Assembly: GCF_001194135.2 (NCBI RefSeq)
Contig: NC_068984.1
Coordinates: 49,035,118 to 49,099,117, forward strand
Source: Octopus bimaculoides
Lineage: Eukaryota
DNA length: 64,000 nt
Direction of reading: 5' to 3'
Below, in pieces: positions 1 through 12,268 of the stretch; within the stretch, counting starts at the first letter, position 1, and each line of letters opens with the position of its first letter. The notes beneath the pieces are model-generated. The model made no database searches, was not told the origin of the DNA, and saw nothing but the letters and a program-made list of their open reading frames with translations. The position numbers and the translations under genes were made by a program.

Positions 1-2
1 GT

Positions 3-1004
3 TGTTTTTGTTGTTGTTGGTTGTTGACTTTCTGGTTGTGGTGTATGTGATGTGTGGGAAGTGGGATCAGTTTTTGTATTGTCTTTTAGTTTTACTGTTT
101 CTTTAGTTCTTGTTGTTGTAGGTGTTTTTCCGGATGCTGTTTTATGTTCGTTTGTTGGTGTTGTTGGATGTGTTTCTTTTGGTTTCTGTGTTTTTGGTGT
201 TGTTGGATGTGTCTCATTGCTTGTTTTCTGTATTGATGGTGGCGTGGTTAGTAAAGGTTCCTTTTTCCTTGTACTCTTTCCTTGTTGTGGTTGTTGTTCT
301 TGCTCTTGTTGATTTTTGTTTGTTGTTGGGCAGTTAGTTCGGAGGTGCCCTTCTTTGCCACACAGGTAGCAGCGAGGCCTCCTGCCTTCTACCACTAGAT
401 AGAGAATATGGCCGTCTGGCATATCAATATGGTGTGGGATGTTGTTTACTTGATTCTCGCTGATTTGGAGCAATACTTCGATCCTTTTTCCGGACCATTT
501 TAGTTCCTGATTAGTGGCATACTCGAGGATGTTGAAGTCCTCTTCGATACGGTAGCAAATGGCGGATAAAAGCCATTGTGCCTCTATTTCAGGAGGTATA
601 TTCCTTATTGAAACTTTGGTCACACGTTGCCCAAGGTAGGTCGGAATTAGTATTAGTTTGTCCGACTGTAGTGTGAGTGTCGACAGCTCTTTGGCTTTTG
701 CTTCGCTGTCGAAGCGAACTTGGATTGTGGCATATTTATTCCACCAGTTTACATATCTTTGGAAATCCCATATCGGGCGTAAACAAATTTCAATAAGTTC
801 TTGGGGTGCTTGCTCTGGTCTGCGTGTTTTGGCATTTAAGATTTTGTATATTAGTGTTCCTTTTCGTGTGTTCTCTATGGTGTTTTGTGGTATGTTTAGT
901 TGTAGGCCTGAACCCTTTTCTGTTAAGAGGGCTTTGGTCTGCTCGATCTGCCCCGGTGTGAAATGTAGAAGTGTTTTTCTTTGTTTCAATGCTTCTGCAA
1001 AATT
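3..1004 (-). CDS. Gag-like ORF1 of a non-LTR retrotransposon (probably Tx1/L1-type): RRM-like region, CCHC zinc knuckle, T/P/K/Q-rich tail; partial at both ends
   Basis: Hand translation gives 334 codons with no stop from the N gap (1006) to the window edge: NFAEALKQRK...TKVSIRNIPPEIEAQWLLSAI...VVEGRRPRCYLCGKEGHLRTNCP. C-X2-C-X4-H-X4-C lies at 330-371. It is absent from the ORF track because it has no stop inside the window. Confidence 0.8.
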
Positions 1005-1863
1005 CNNNNNNNNNNNNNNNNNNNNNNNNNNNNNNNNNNNNNNNNNNNNNNNNNNNNNNNNNNNNNNNNNNNNNNNNNNNNNNNNNNNNNNNNNNNNNNN
1101 NNNNNNNNNNNNNNNNNNNNNNNNNNNNNNNNNNNNNNNNNNNNNNNNNNNNNNNNNNNNNNNNNNNNNNNNNNNNNNNNNNNNNNNNNNNNNNNNNNNN
1201 NNNNNNNNNNNNNNNNNNNNNNNNNNNNNNNNNNNNNNNNNNNNNNNNNNNNNNNNNNNNNNNNNNNNNNNNNNNNNNNNNNNNNNNNNNNNNNNNNNNN
1301 NNNNNNNNNNNNNNNNNNNNNNNNNNNNNNNNNNNNNNNNNNNNNNNNNNNNNNNNNNNNNNNNNNNNNNNNNNNNNNNNNNNNNNNNNNNNNNNNNNNN
1401 NNNNNNNNNNNNNNNNNNNNNNNNNNNNNNNNNNNNNNNNNNNNNNNNNNNNNNNNNNNNNNNNNNNNNNNNNNNNNNNNNNNNNNNNNNNNNNNNNNNN
1501 NNNNNNNNNNNNNNNNNNNNNNNNNNNNNNNNNNNNNNNNNNNNNNNNNNNNNNNNNNNNNNNNNNNNNNNNNNNNNNNNNNNNNNNNNNNNNNNNNNNN
1601 NNNNNNNNNNNNNNNNNNNNNNNNNNNNNNNNNNNNNNNNNNNNNNNNNNNNNNNNNNNNNNNNNNNNNNNNNNNNNNNNNNNNNNNNNNNNNNNNNNNN
1701 NNNNNNNNNNNNNNNNNNNNNNNNNNNGTGCAAACAAGTTGCACAACTGAATATATCAGTTGTTGCACAGCTTTTGTATATAAAATATGACTGAGAAACA
1801 AACTTTTTAGAAGCAAAAGAGGCAAAACTTACGGAGCCGATGTGTCTACCGTCCGTCCATGAT

Positions 1864-1884
1864 GATAGATAGATAAATAGATAG

Positions 1885-1969
<85 letters not shown>

Positions 1970-1980
1970 CAGATAGATAT
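1864..1980 (+). repeat. (GATA)n microsatellite
   Basis: Directly visible tetranucleotide array. Confidence 0.95.
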
Positions 1981-2407
1981 GAATACATAGATGAGATTGA
2001 ATATATACATATATAGATACATATACAAAATGACATAATGATAGTATCTTAATTTAGCAAAGTCAATGGAAACTTTCACTCTATTTCTGAATCATTTATT
2101 AGCTTTTTCCTAATTTCGTCAGTAAGAATCACTATTAATCTATTTCAGACATCTTAAATCTTACGATCTCTGAAAGTTTATACTATGTGAGAAGTAATTT
2201 CTCCAGTAGACAATGATAAATTCATCTGGAATTATGTAATGATAAATGCATGAAACTTCCTCCGTAACTCGTTTCTAATTATCTCTTGAATAATTATGTC
2301 AATTTTTTAGATGAATACGTTGAGATATCTTGCAATGAAAATATATTTGAAGTACACCCATAGACAAAGACCCCTACACATATACGTGTTTGTTTGAGAC
2401 AGTGTGT

Positions 2408-2441
<34 letters not shown>

Positions 2442-3569
2442 TTGCGTGTGTATTTATGCGTATGTATGTGTCCAGGCAGGTGCATATATGCATATATATA
2501 CAATTATATAAAACATATACAAATATATACAGATAAATGTTTGTATATATGTACATATGAATATAAGAATGTATATGTCTATATACATATGTGCGTAGAT
2601 AAGTTTATATTTAATTATACATACAGATATATGTATGTATATAAGTATGTGCATATTGTGTATCTACCTATCTATTTATATATATGTATATATAAGCACG
2701 CAGCACACACACATATGTATCATCTTTTTCATGTTATCTAGTTTCAGCTCATGAGCTGTGGCCACGCTGGGACACCACCATTTAATATATATATATNNNN
2801 NNNNNNNNNNNNNNNNNNNNNNNNNNNNNNNNNNNNNNNNNNNNNNNNNNNNNNNNNNNNNNNNNNNNNNNNNNNNNNNNNNNNNNNNNNNNNNNNNNNN
2901 NNNNNNNNNNNNNNNNNNNNNNNNNNNNNNNNNNNNNNNNNNNNNNNNNNNNNNNNNNNNNNNNNNNNNNNNNNNNNNNNNNNNNNNNNNNNNNNNNNNN
3001 NNNNNNNNNNNNNNNNNNNNNNNNNNNNNNNNNNNNNNNNNNNNNNNNNNNNNNNNNNNNNNNNNNNNNNNNNNNNNNNNNNNNNNNNNNNNNNNNNNNN
3101 NNNNNNNNNNNNNNNNNNNNNNNNNNNNNNNNNNNNNNNNNNNNNNNNNNNNNNNNNNNNNNNNNNNNNNNNNNNNNNNNNNNNNNNNNNNNNNNNNNNN
3201 NNNNNNNNNNNNNNNNNNNNNNNNNNNNNNNNNNNNNNNNNNNNNNNNNNNNNNNNNNNNNNNNNNNNNNNNNNNNNNNNNNNNNNNNNNNNNNNNNNTA
3301 TGTGTGTGTATATATATTTGTATATGCATATATATATACATGTATATATATATGATTACAGAGGGAGAGACAGAGAGTAAAATTTTACTAATAACTTTAT
3401 TGACTTAACTTCAGTGTTTGGCCGGTGTTGTTGATATTCCCTATCAAATGATTAGTCCTTTCTCCAGTCAGGTCCTTGATATTATTGATAATCTTACTAA
3501 GAATTGAACTTTCACAGCCAACCCGACATATATTGATATTAATTTAGAAATATAATTTACAAATGTAAT

Positions 3570-3848
3570 CCCCTTCTTCTTCTTTTCTCCTTCTCCTCCA
3601 ATTCCACTCTTTACCACTCCTCCTCCTCCTTTTTCTTCTTTTCTTTCTTCGTTTTCTTCTTCATTATTGTTTTGTCTTCTTCCTCAGCTATTTCATTTTC
3701 TTCATGTTCATTTTCCTTCTCTTCTTCCTTTTCTTGTTCTTTCATACATCTTCGTTCTCTTTTCTTCATTTATTCTTTCTTCTTTATTTCTTTCTTTTCT
3801 CCTGCACCTCTTCTTCTCCTTCTTCATCATTATCAGCATCACCTATTT

Positions 3849-3921
<73 letters not shown>

Positions 3922-4110
3922 CCTTTTTTTATCATCTTCTTCTACCTTCTTCTTCTCTTCCTCTTATCCCTCCTCCTCCTCCTTCACCTCCTCCCCCTTC
4001 ACCTCCTACATCTCCTCCTCCTTCTCCTTCTTTTTCTGTTGCTGCTACTGCTGCTCCTCATGCTGCTGTTCCTGTTGCTTCTTTTTCTTCTTAGTCTTCA
4101 TCCTTCTTCT
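3570..4110 (+). repeat. Compound polypyrimidine microsatellite (CTT)n/(ATT)n/(CCT)n
   Basis: Directly visible. It explains the poly-F/L/S/Y/I/P ORFs in the track. Confidence 0.95.
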
Positions 4111-5799
4111 TCTTTCCACTTGACGCATATCGATTTATATATTTTGTACATTTTTTTCTTATATTATAGATAAACTATTGTTAGTCGTATGTACCAAAAC
4201 TCAAATTATTTTTAATACTGAAATTGATACTTCTTACTTCGTGTAAATCCCACGCACAACAACATTGAACCAATTATATATACAACAGAGGCAAAGTATT
4301 TGCTGCAGTAATCAAAGAAATCTCGAAAATCCTCTATATATTTATTAAAAGAAATTGCATACGCANNNNNNNNNNNNNNNNNNNNNNNNNNNNNNNNNNN
4401 NNNNNNNNNNNNNNNNNNNNNNNNNNNNNNNNNNNNNNNNNNNNNNNNNNNNNNNNNNNNNNNNNNNNNNNNNNNNNNNNNNNNNNNNNNNNNNNNNNNN
4501 NNNNNNNNNNNNNNNNNNNNNNNNNNNNNNNNNNNNNNNNNNNNNNNNNNNNNNNNNNNNNNNNNNNNNNNNNNNNNNNNNNNNNNNNNNNNNNNNNNNN
4601 NNNNNNNNNNNNNNNNNNNNNNNNNNNNNNNNNNNNNNNNNNNNNNNNNNNNNNNNNNNNNNNNNNNNNNNNNNNNNNNNNNNNNNNNNNNNNNNNNNNN
4701 NNNNNNNNNNNNNNNNNNNNNNNNNNNNNNNNNNNNNNNNNNNNNNNNNNNNNNNNNNNNNNNNNNNNNNNNNNNNNNNNNNNNNNNNNNNNNNNNNNNN
4801 NNNNNNNNNNNNNNNNNNNNNNNNNNNNNNNNNNNNNNNNNNNNNNNNNNNNNNNNNNNNNNNNNNNNNNNNNNNNNNNNNNNNNNNNNNNNNNNNNNNN
4901 NNNNNNNNNNNNNNNNNNNNNNNNNNNNNNNNNNNNNNNNNNNNNNNNNNNNNNNNNNNNNNNNNNNNNNNNNNNNNNNNNNNNATATATATATATATAT
5001 ATATATACCCGCATACACGCTAACACACATGCACGCAACACCCTTGCACCCATACACACGCGCACAAAAAGGTTCATACACACGTCTATATACGCACATG
5101 CCCAAGAAAAAACAGGGCTGAAGGTAAAATACAGAAAAAAGTGTAGAAAGGTGTGAAAAAGCTATAAGGGCAAAACGCGTCTATATGCACACATTCTCTC
5201 ATACACGCACACACATCTATATACGCACTTACCCACACACACGCACACATCTACAAGCGTGCCCCAAACGTTCCATGTACACGTCTATAGACGCACAGGA
5301 AAAAAGCAAGGTGGAACGGAGAATACAGAAAAAATATGTGTAAAAAATATACAAAGCAATATCTCTATAAATATGTAAAAACATATATAAAAATATATAT
5401 ATATAAGAAATCTAAGTTAAAAGTATAGAGAGATAAAAAGCTTGTACATAGTCACAATATAGAAAGCAAGTCCTATCAGTAATCTCGGGGGCACCAAAAA
5501 CGTAGCAAATATTTAGCCCCATGTGGACATGATCCGAAAAGTTCAGTTGTTGAATTTAGACATGTTGCGGGGTTTAAGCTGCCTTTCAGGATGAGCCATC
5601 TGTATGTAGGTGTGCGGGCGTGCATGTGTATGTATGGACTTTGCGCTTACGCGAATACTATGGACATTTTTTACACTCTTACCTTTACTCCCTTCCCCTC
5701 ACTTAGCGCTCATTCTAATAGCTCTTTTGTCTTAATAACGGTCAATCACACAGTAATTTCCCTTTGTTTAACGGTCATTTTCATAGCAATGTTCAATGG

Positions 5800-5867
5800 C
5801 CAGATAACTGAAGAGATGGCGGCGTGGGTTTCCGCCCCGGTATCTGAAACTCGGTGTTTTATCATGG
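5800..5867 (+). ncRNA. Candidate minimal type I hammerhead ribozyme
   Basis: Stem I GATAA(5803-07)/TTATC(5859-63), extended by CCA/TGG; core CTGAAGA (5808-14); stem II GAT-GGCGG...CCGCC-ATC; GAAAC (5846-50); short stem III AC/GT; cleavage triplet GUU (5856-58). One extra U precedes GAAA. Confidence 0.5.
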
Positions 5868-5976
5868 CTACCGAATAAGTATCACTTATTTTTACAGACA
5901 TATATACATATATATATATATGCATGAATGTATATTTTCCTGCCTATATATTGGTCTAAATATATCTTTATATATT

Positions 5977-6027
<51 letters not shown>

Positions 6028-6818
6028 ATAGAGGAAGTTATAGTCTAAGCGACAGTTACGATGATGAATATGACGGTTTACACTACAAATGAAAGCCCAA
6101 AATAATGGTGAATAGTATGTACGACAATCAACGAAAAGTACAATGACCAGACACAGTCATTTCATCAACCAGCATTTTAACCAGAGACATCAGGATTTCG
6201 ACGCTTATTGTTCATCCTGAAAGCGCAACGTTCTAACAAAACAAAACGAAAACTAGTCTTACAACTGAAAACATTTGTGGAGCTAAAATTGCCTTCAGAC
6301 TTTAAATGAAGTTGACGGAGTCAAAATAATGGCACGAAAGACCAAACAGATAAAGATTGTAAACAAGATGGTGGCATATTATTTAATGCAGATACAAGCA
6401 GAAAATACTAACAAAATTGAATTTAAAGAATCAGTATTTTCCAGATGCAAACTAAACGGTGGCAGCTATTTAATACCTGTGGTCAGTGCGGCAGTCACAA
6501 AGAAGCGGAGAGACAGAATGGACGTGGAAATCAAGGGGAGCAGATGAAAAGAACAAAGGGTAGATTTGCAATAGAGAAACAAAGCGAGAGAGATAACTAG
6601 ATAGAGAGAGAGAAAAAAAATAGGAGAGAGTGATAAGCTAACGTGAGAATAAAAAAAAAAAGAGGTAAGAGAGAATGAGAAAAAAATGAGTGTAATACAA
6701 GGTGATAAACAAAACTAATTTGCACGAATATATATATATATAGAGGGCTATGTGTATGTATAAATGTATATTTATGAATGAGTCTATATAGGTATGAACA
6801 TGAGTATATAGGCATAAA

Positions 6819-6896
<78 letters not shown>

Positions 6897-7232
6897 TGTA
6901 TGTATAAATACACGCGCGCGCACACACACACAAACACAAACACACATGTAGCATGCTTCCGTTTAGGAAAATCTGCTCAATACAGAATAAAATGTAAATA
7001 TGTATTGCATTTTTGTCATTTTCCCCATATAATGATCGAAATTTCACAAATATCTCTGAACATGTACAGATTTCTGAAACCTTCTGTCAAAATAATATAA
7101 ATGGACAATATGTATGTAGACAAATTTATAACGAAATCCTGGAAAATGAAGATGCATTGCTAGTGCATGCACGCGGATACATATATATCTATATTTATCT
7201 GTGTGGGGGCATGTGTGTGTGTGCGTGTAGAC

Positions 7233-7265
<33 letters not shown>

Positions 7266-7742
7266 CACTCGCATACAAAAAGACTGAGAGCTGAATCTAT
7301 TCATAGGTATATTTCTATTAATGTGAAGTGTGGAATACATGTGAATGTGCATATAGAAACATACACATAAACACCCACCCACACATACATACAGGCAATT
7401 ACACTCACATACACAAAAACATCTATAATTTCATAAGTGCATGTCCCATTAGCAGAAGGAAAAGCATATACTGACAAGGCATTTCCTGTAATACCGACAG
7501 CAGTATACGTGTTTGCCTGAGCGTGAGTAAGTGAGAAAATGTACGTGTATGCGTTTGCATTTGCATATACGCTTTTGTTTCCGCATACATGAAGAGATAT
7601 ATGAAAGGATGTACCTATTGTAAAACAATTGGTGTTCTTGCCATGAACGGCAAATATATATACGCGCGTGTGTTTGTGTGTGTGTGTATGTACGTATGTG
7701 TGCGTGTGTGAGTGTATGTATTTGTGGGTCTGTGTGTTTTCG

Positions 7743-7798
<56 letters not shown>

Positions 7799-7845
7799 TG
7801 TCTCTATGTATCATATATTATATACATATAGATATTTATATATAC

Positions 7846-7921
<76 letters not shown>

Positions 7922-8403
7922 TGAGGGAAGGAGAAAATGAAACAGAGATACTATAAATATTCGTACATATATGCATATACATATATATACATATACACAT
8001 ACATATTTACACAGGGATATGTATATCAGGTACCGTCTGTTTTTCTTCGAACAAGCCACTTCATTTAATGTTGATTTCATGAATCCAGCCCGCAATAAGT
8101 ACCAGGTGAATACTTCTGCAGTACTTTCTTACATGAAATTCTTGTCACAAAAGGCTCATCAAATGTACTATCAAATGTATATAACATTATATACATTGAA
8201 TATTAAAACTGCACTCTTAAACCATCAAAAACTCCAAAAATCCAAATCTGAAATAACACCATTAAATGCAAGTTGTGGTATGTGTTTTGAAATTTGTGTT
8301 GAATATACACGTGTTAACCAATACTCAAAACTGTTAGCTGTTGTGTTCCATTCCTTCTGTGGTATTCCTTTGTCGATGATTATAAGGATCAATATTTTTT
8401 TTT

Positions 8404-8743
8404 AGGCCTCCGTCGGTCATGGCTGACCATGGATGATGTCATCCGTCTGTTGAGTTGTCTATTCAGTTTTTGCAACGCCTCCTGTGGCTGTAGAGACCGA
8501 TGCGAGAGTGGCAGTCTCGTTTGCAGAGGTCACACCTATACGTTGAATCTGGTCTGTTGGCTGTCATTTCTTTTCTGCGGGCACGGTTTTCAGCTGCTGC
8601 CACCCTCAAATTCTCTTCGCCGGTCTGCAGTTGTTTGTGAAGAGTGCCTCTCCAGCTGGTTCAGTCGGCTGTGAGATCCTCCCAGGAATTGGTGTTGATA
8701 CCAAGTGCCTTCACATCCTTCTTACACACGTCCCTGTACAGCG
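8404..8743 (-). mobile_element. 3' end of an RTE-clade LINE (C-terminal C2H2 finger plus tail), 5'-truncated
   Basis: Minus-strand translation RLYRDVCKKDVKALGINTNSWEDLTAD*TSWR...YRCDLCKRDCHSRIGLYSHRRRCKN* (stop 8463-65), followed by a short 3' UTR with a GGTCA-gcca-TGACC stem-loop. Confidence 0.85.
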
Positions 8744-9304
8744 TAGATAATAATGTTAGTCAAATTCTGTGATCTTCATCACTAATATTTGTTTTGTCAG
8801 CAACTTTTAGGAAGACATTTTAACGGATTAAAATCTTCAAGCATGTTATTAAGAGAAACTCTAATAACTGAAAGAATTTCAAACCAACAAACAAATAAGC
8901 TGGATGACTATTGAATAAACACGATCATCGCGTGTAGGCTAGATTCTAACTGTACATATGACTTGCAACGCATTGTGCGATATATTTTATTCTGGAAATG
9001 TATGAGAACATCTTACATTTGAATAATACATGTTCTGCACTAAACAGATAGGATTTCATAGCAGCAACATTCGGTATACTTAAGCATATAATAAATCAAC
9101 AGTTTTGATATAAATACTAACTAAAGTACATGAAATCAGGAAACGACATTAGACCTCTTTTAATCGATTTAGAATAACTCACGACACGCAGAGAATCGGT
9201 TTAAATTCTCACAAACCCTTGTCTTATATAACGACTGCTCAAAGAAATTATGGAAACCTACATGATAGAGCCTATATTCAAAAACACTTGCACACATGAA
9301 CACA

Positions 9305-9339
<35 letters not shown>

Positions 9340-9752
9340 TTACAAATGTGTGTTAGGATGTACAAACGTAGGAGAAAAACAATTCAATACATATAACGGG
9401 GTATATTCAAATGTCGAAGAGGTGATATAAATTTGGAACGACTTTTAAAATATTAGAATATTTTTTAACGCAATTTACAAAAATAAACATCAACTACGAG
9501 GTAACTTGTATGGCTATAAAACTCATGGAAATTGAATTAGTTTCCTCCGAAAATGAGAAACAAACATAAAAGTCTGAGTATCGATAGAACTTAAAACTAC
9601 GATTATGAGATGAATTTCTCAGTCATAAACTCATATTTGTTTCTATATACTATTTTCATTGGCTTTCGTTAAGCACGCATATGTGTGTGTGCATGTATGT
9701 TTGTATATATATATATGCAAACATATATGCACACACACAAGCACACTCACAT

Positions 9753-9797
<45 letters not shown>

Positions 9798-9815
9798 NNN
9801 NNNNNNNNNNNNNNN

Positions 9816-9856
<41 letters not shown>

Positions 9857-9859
<3 letters not shown>

Positions 9860-9984
9860 GCAGACGTGGATGTGTGGTAAGAAGCTTGCTTCCCAATCAC
9901 ATGGTCACGTATTTTCTACTATAGCATCAGACCGACCAAAGCCTTGTGTGTGGATTTGGTTAGGTAGAAACGGAAAGAAGGTCG
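9857..9984 (+). mobile_element. tRNA-headed SINE (family B) head with the B box deleted
   Basis: Aligns to the minus copy at 36925-37088 (TGTGTGGTAAG.AGCTTGCTT.CCAA.CACATGGT ... TTCTACTATAGC...GACCAAAGCCTTGTG) but lacks ~35 bp including GGTTCAGTC. Confidence 0.75.
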
Positions 9985-10169
9985 ATTTTTTTTAATGATG
10001 TAATTGATGTGTTCATCCATAAAAAACGTGCCTGAAACAGCTGTTGTGAACCTCAAGGCATTTGTGTTCTTAGTTAGTGTACACCATACCTGGAAACATC
10101 GCTACTTTGTATCTGGAAATTACAGAGAACCGTGAAACTGCTTTCTGTATTTGATTTTCAATACACACA

Positions 10170-11410
10170 TACACATACATGACAGAAGTAAATAGACACC
10201 AAATGAAACAATTTTGTTTTATTTTAACTGAAAAAGGTTAATATTTCTTATAAATTGATATTTTTATGTTTCAAGTTCTATATGTGACTGTTTAATCATG
10301 CCACGTACAAACGAAGCCTTGGAACTGTCCTATCCGAATGTCAAAGAGGCCGTATTGTAGGTCAATTTGAAGGTGGACGAAGCGTAAACACGCAAACATC
10401 GTTGGGATCCCACACTCTCCGGTTATCAGAGTGATTTTGCAATTCACCAGAGCGGGGAAGGGGTCCATATCACCTCACCCAGGTCGATGAGGGCCATATG
10501 ACCGGACCTTTTGCTTTGTTAAGAGACGTGTGGAGGATAATCCTCGTTGCAAGGCCCCTGACAGCAGAACAAGTTGATGCCAGAACCAGAACAGATGTCA
10601 GGTATCTCCACAAACTTGACTATTATGGCAGAGCAGCAAGAAAGAATCTACTTCTTCGACCAGCCAATGTGAAGCGGAGAAAAGTTTGGGCTACTGAAAT
10701 GGTGGTGAGGCCACTTGCATTTTGGGACACAGTCGTATTCTCTCATGAATACAGATTTGCTGTATTTTCAGACAGTGTTCTAGCGTGAGCCTGGAGACAC
10801 CGTAATCAAGAATTTGACGTGAAAAGATTTCAGCCAACAATGAAACATGGTGGCTATTCTGTGATGGTCTGAGGAGCAATTTGGAGCAATGGTTGATCAG
10901 AGCTAGTGGAGTGTGAGGGGGAAACCTAAATTCAGATAAATGTGTCAATATTTCAGAAAAGACAGCTTCCAATGTTCTCCAATGGTTTTAAAGAAGATTC
11001 TTTATTATGGAAGATGGGGCTCCTTGTCACACGGCTAAACAGACCCATGATTGGTTGAAAGAGAATGACATTAAAAAGCTTCCATGGCCAAGCCAGTCAC
11101 CAGATATGAACCCTATTGAAGACCTCTGAGGCATAATGGACAGGGCACTTCATCAAAAGAACAAGAAAGCATCCTCAAAGCATGACGTTTTGAGATTACT
11201 GCACGAAACTTGGCAAGAAATTCCTCAAGCGAATATTGGTATTCTGATCAGTAGCTTGCCTAAAAAATCATTGTATTGAAAAATATGTGACTACTAAATA
11301 TTTGATATTTACATTAGAATAATGAATAAATAATTTGAATGTATAATTTCAGATTTAAATAAATTTTAACGATTATAAAGGTGATTATTTACTGGTGCCA
11401 TGTCTGTGTA
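10170..11410 (+). mobile_element. Full-length degenerate Tc1-family DNA transposon with TIRs
   Basis: TIRs at 10170-10200 and 11380-11410 match 25/31, with TA at both outer ends. The internal transposase pseudogene carries Tc1 motifs. Confidence 0.85.
10298..11300 (+). pseudogene. Tc1-like DD34E transposase, disrupted by stops and frameshifts
   Basis: Motifs YGRAARK, WDTVVFSHEYRF (first D mutated to H), PTMKHGGYSVMV*GAI, MEDGAPCHTAK, PWPSQSPDMNPIEDL. D at 11013-15 and E at 11118-20 give D34E spacing. Confidence 0.9.
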
Positions 11411-11839
11411 TTTTCGTATTAATGAGAATATTGATCTGTTCATGTGTATGTGTACATAAATAGTAGGACAAGTGCGTATGTACATATACATTAGTATATA
11501 CGTGTGTGTCCATNNNNNNNNNNNNNNNNNNNNNNNNNNNNNNNNNNNNNNNNNNNNNNNNNNNNNNNNNNNNNNNNNNNNNNNNNNNNNNNNNNNNNNN
11601 NNNNNNNNNNNNNNNNNNNNNNNNNNNNNNNNNNNNNNNNNNNNNNNNNNNNNNNNNNNNNNNNNNNNNNNNNNNNNNNNNNNNNNNNNNNNNNNNNNNN
11701 NNNNNNNNNNNNNNNNNNNNNNNNNNNNNNNNNNNNNNNNNNNNNNNNNNNNNNNNNNNNNNNNNNNNNNNNNNNNNNNNNNNNNNNNNNNNNNNNNNNN
11801 NNNNNNNNNNNNNNNNNNNNNNNNNNNNNNNNNNNNNNN

Positions 11840-11874
<35 letters not shown>

Positions 11875-12187
11875 AATAATAAGTTACTCGGAGATCTGGA
11901 TGTTTGTACATTTACAGATTTTTATTAATATGTCACATGTTTTTATATGATTTATAAAAACGTGTGACATATTAATAAAAATCTCAAAATGTACAACCAT
12001 TCAGATCTCTGAGTACCTTATTATTTTAGTTTAATATATAATACCTGTACTTCCTCTCCAAACCTTCTAATATATATAAATATGTATGTATGTATGTATG
12101 TATGTATTAACTTTCTCACTCGAAACGCCTGTATGTTGTATGTTCTGAACCTGTAATTTTCCTAAATTAAGTGCTCTTCATATTCAA

Positions 12188-12268
12188 AGCTCTAATGAAG
12201 CTATGCAATGTTATCAGGGGACTCAACTAACAGTCCTCCATATTTCATAGCAGGAACAGCTGTAAGCT
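12188..12268 (+). ncRNA. Degenerate type I hammerhead motif (Penelope-type), two core substitutions
   Basis: AGCT-CTAATGA-A GCTATG...[GGGGACT/AGTCCTCC hairpin]...CATAGC-AG GAAC AGCT GTA-AGCT. The palindromic stem III ACAGCTGT is intact, but CTGATGA is changed to CTAATGA and GAAAC to GGAAC. Confidence 0.45.
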
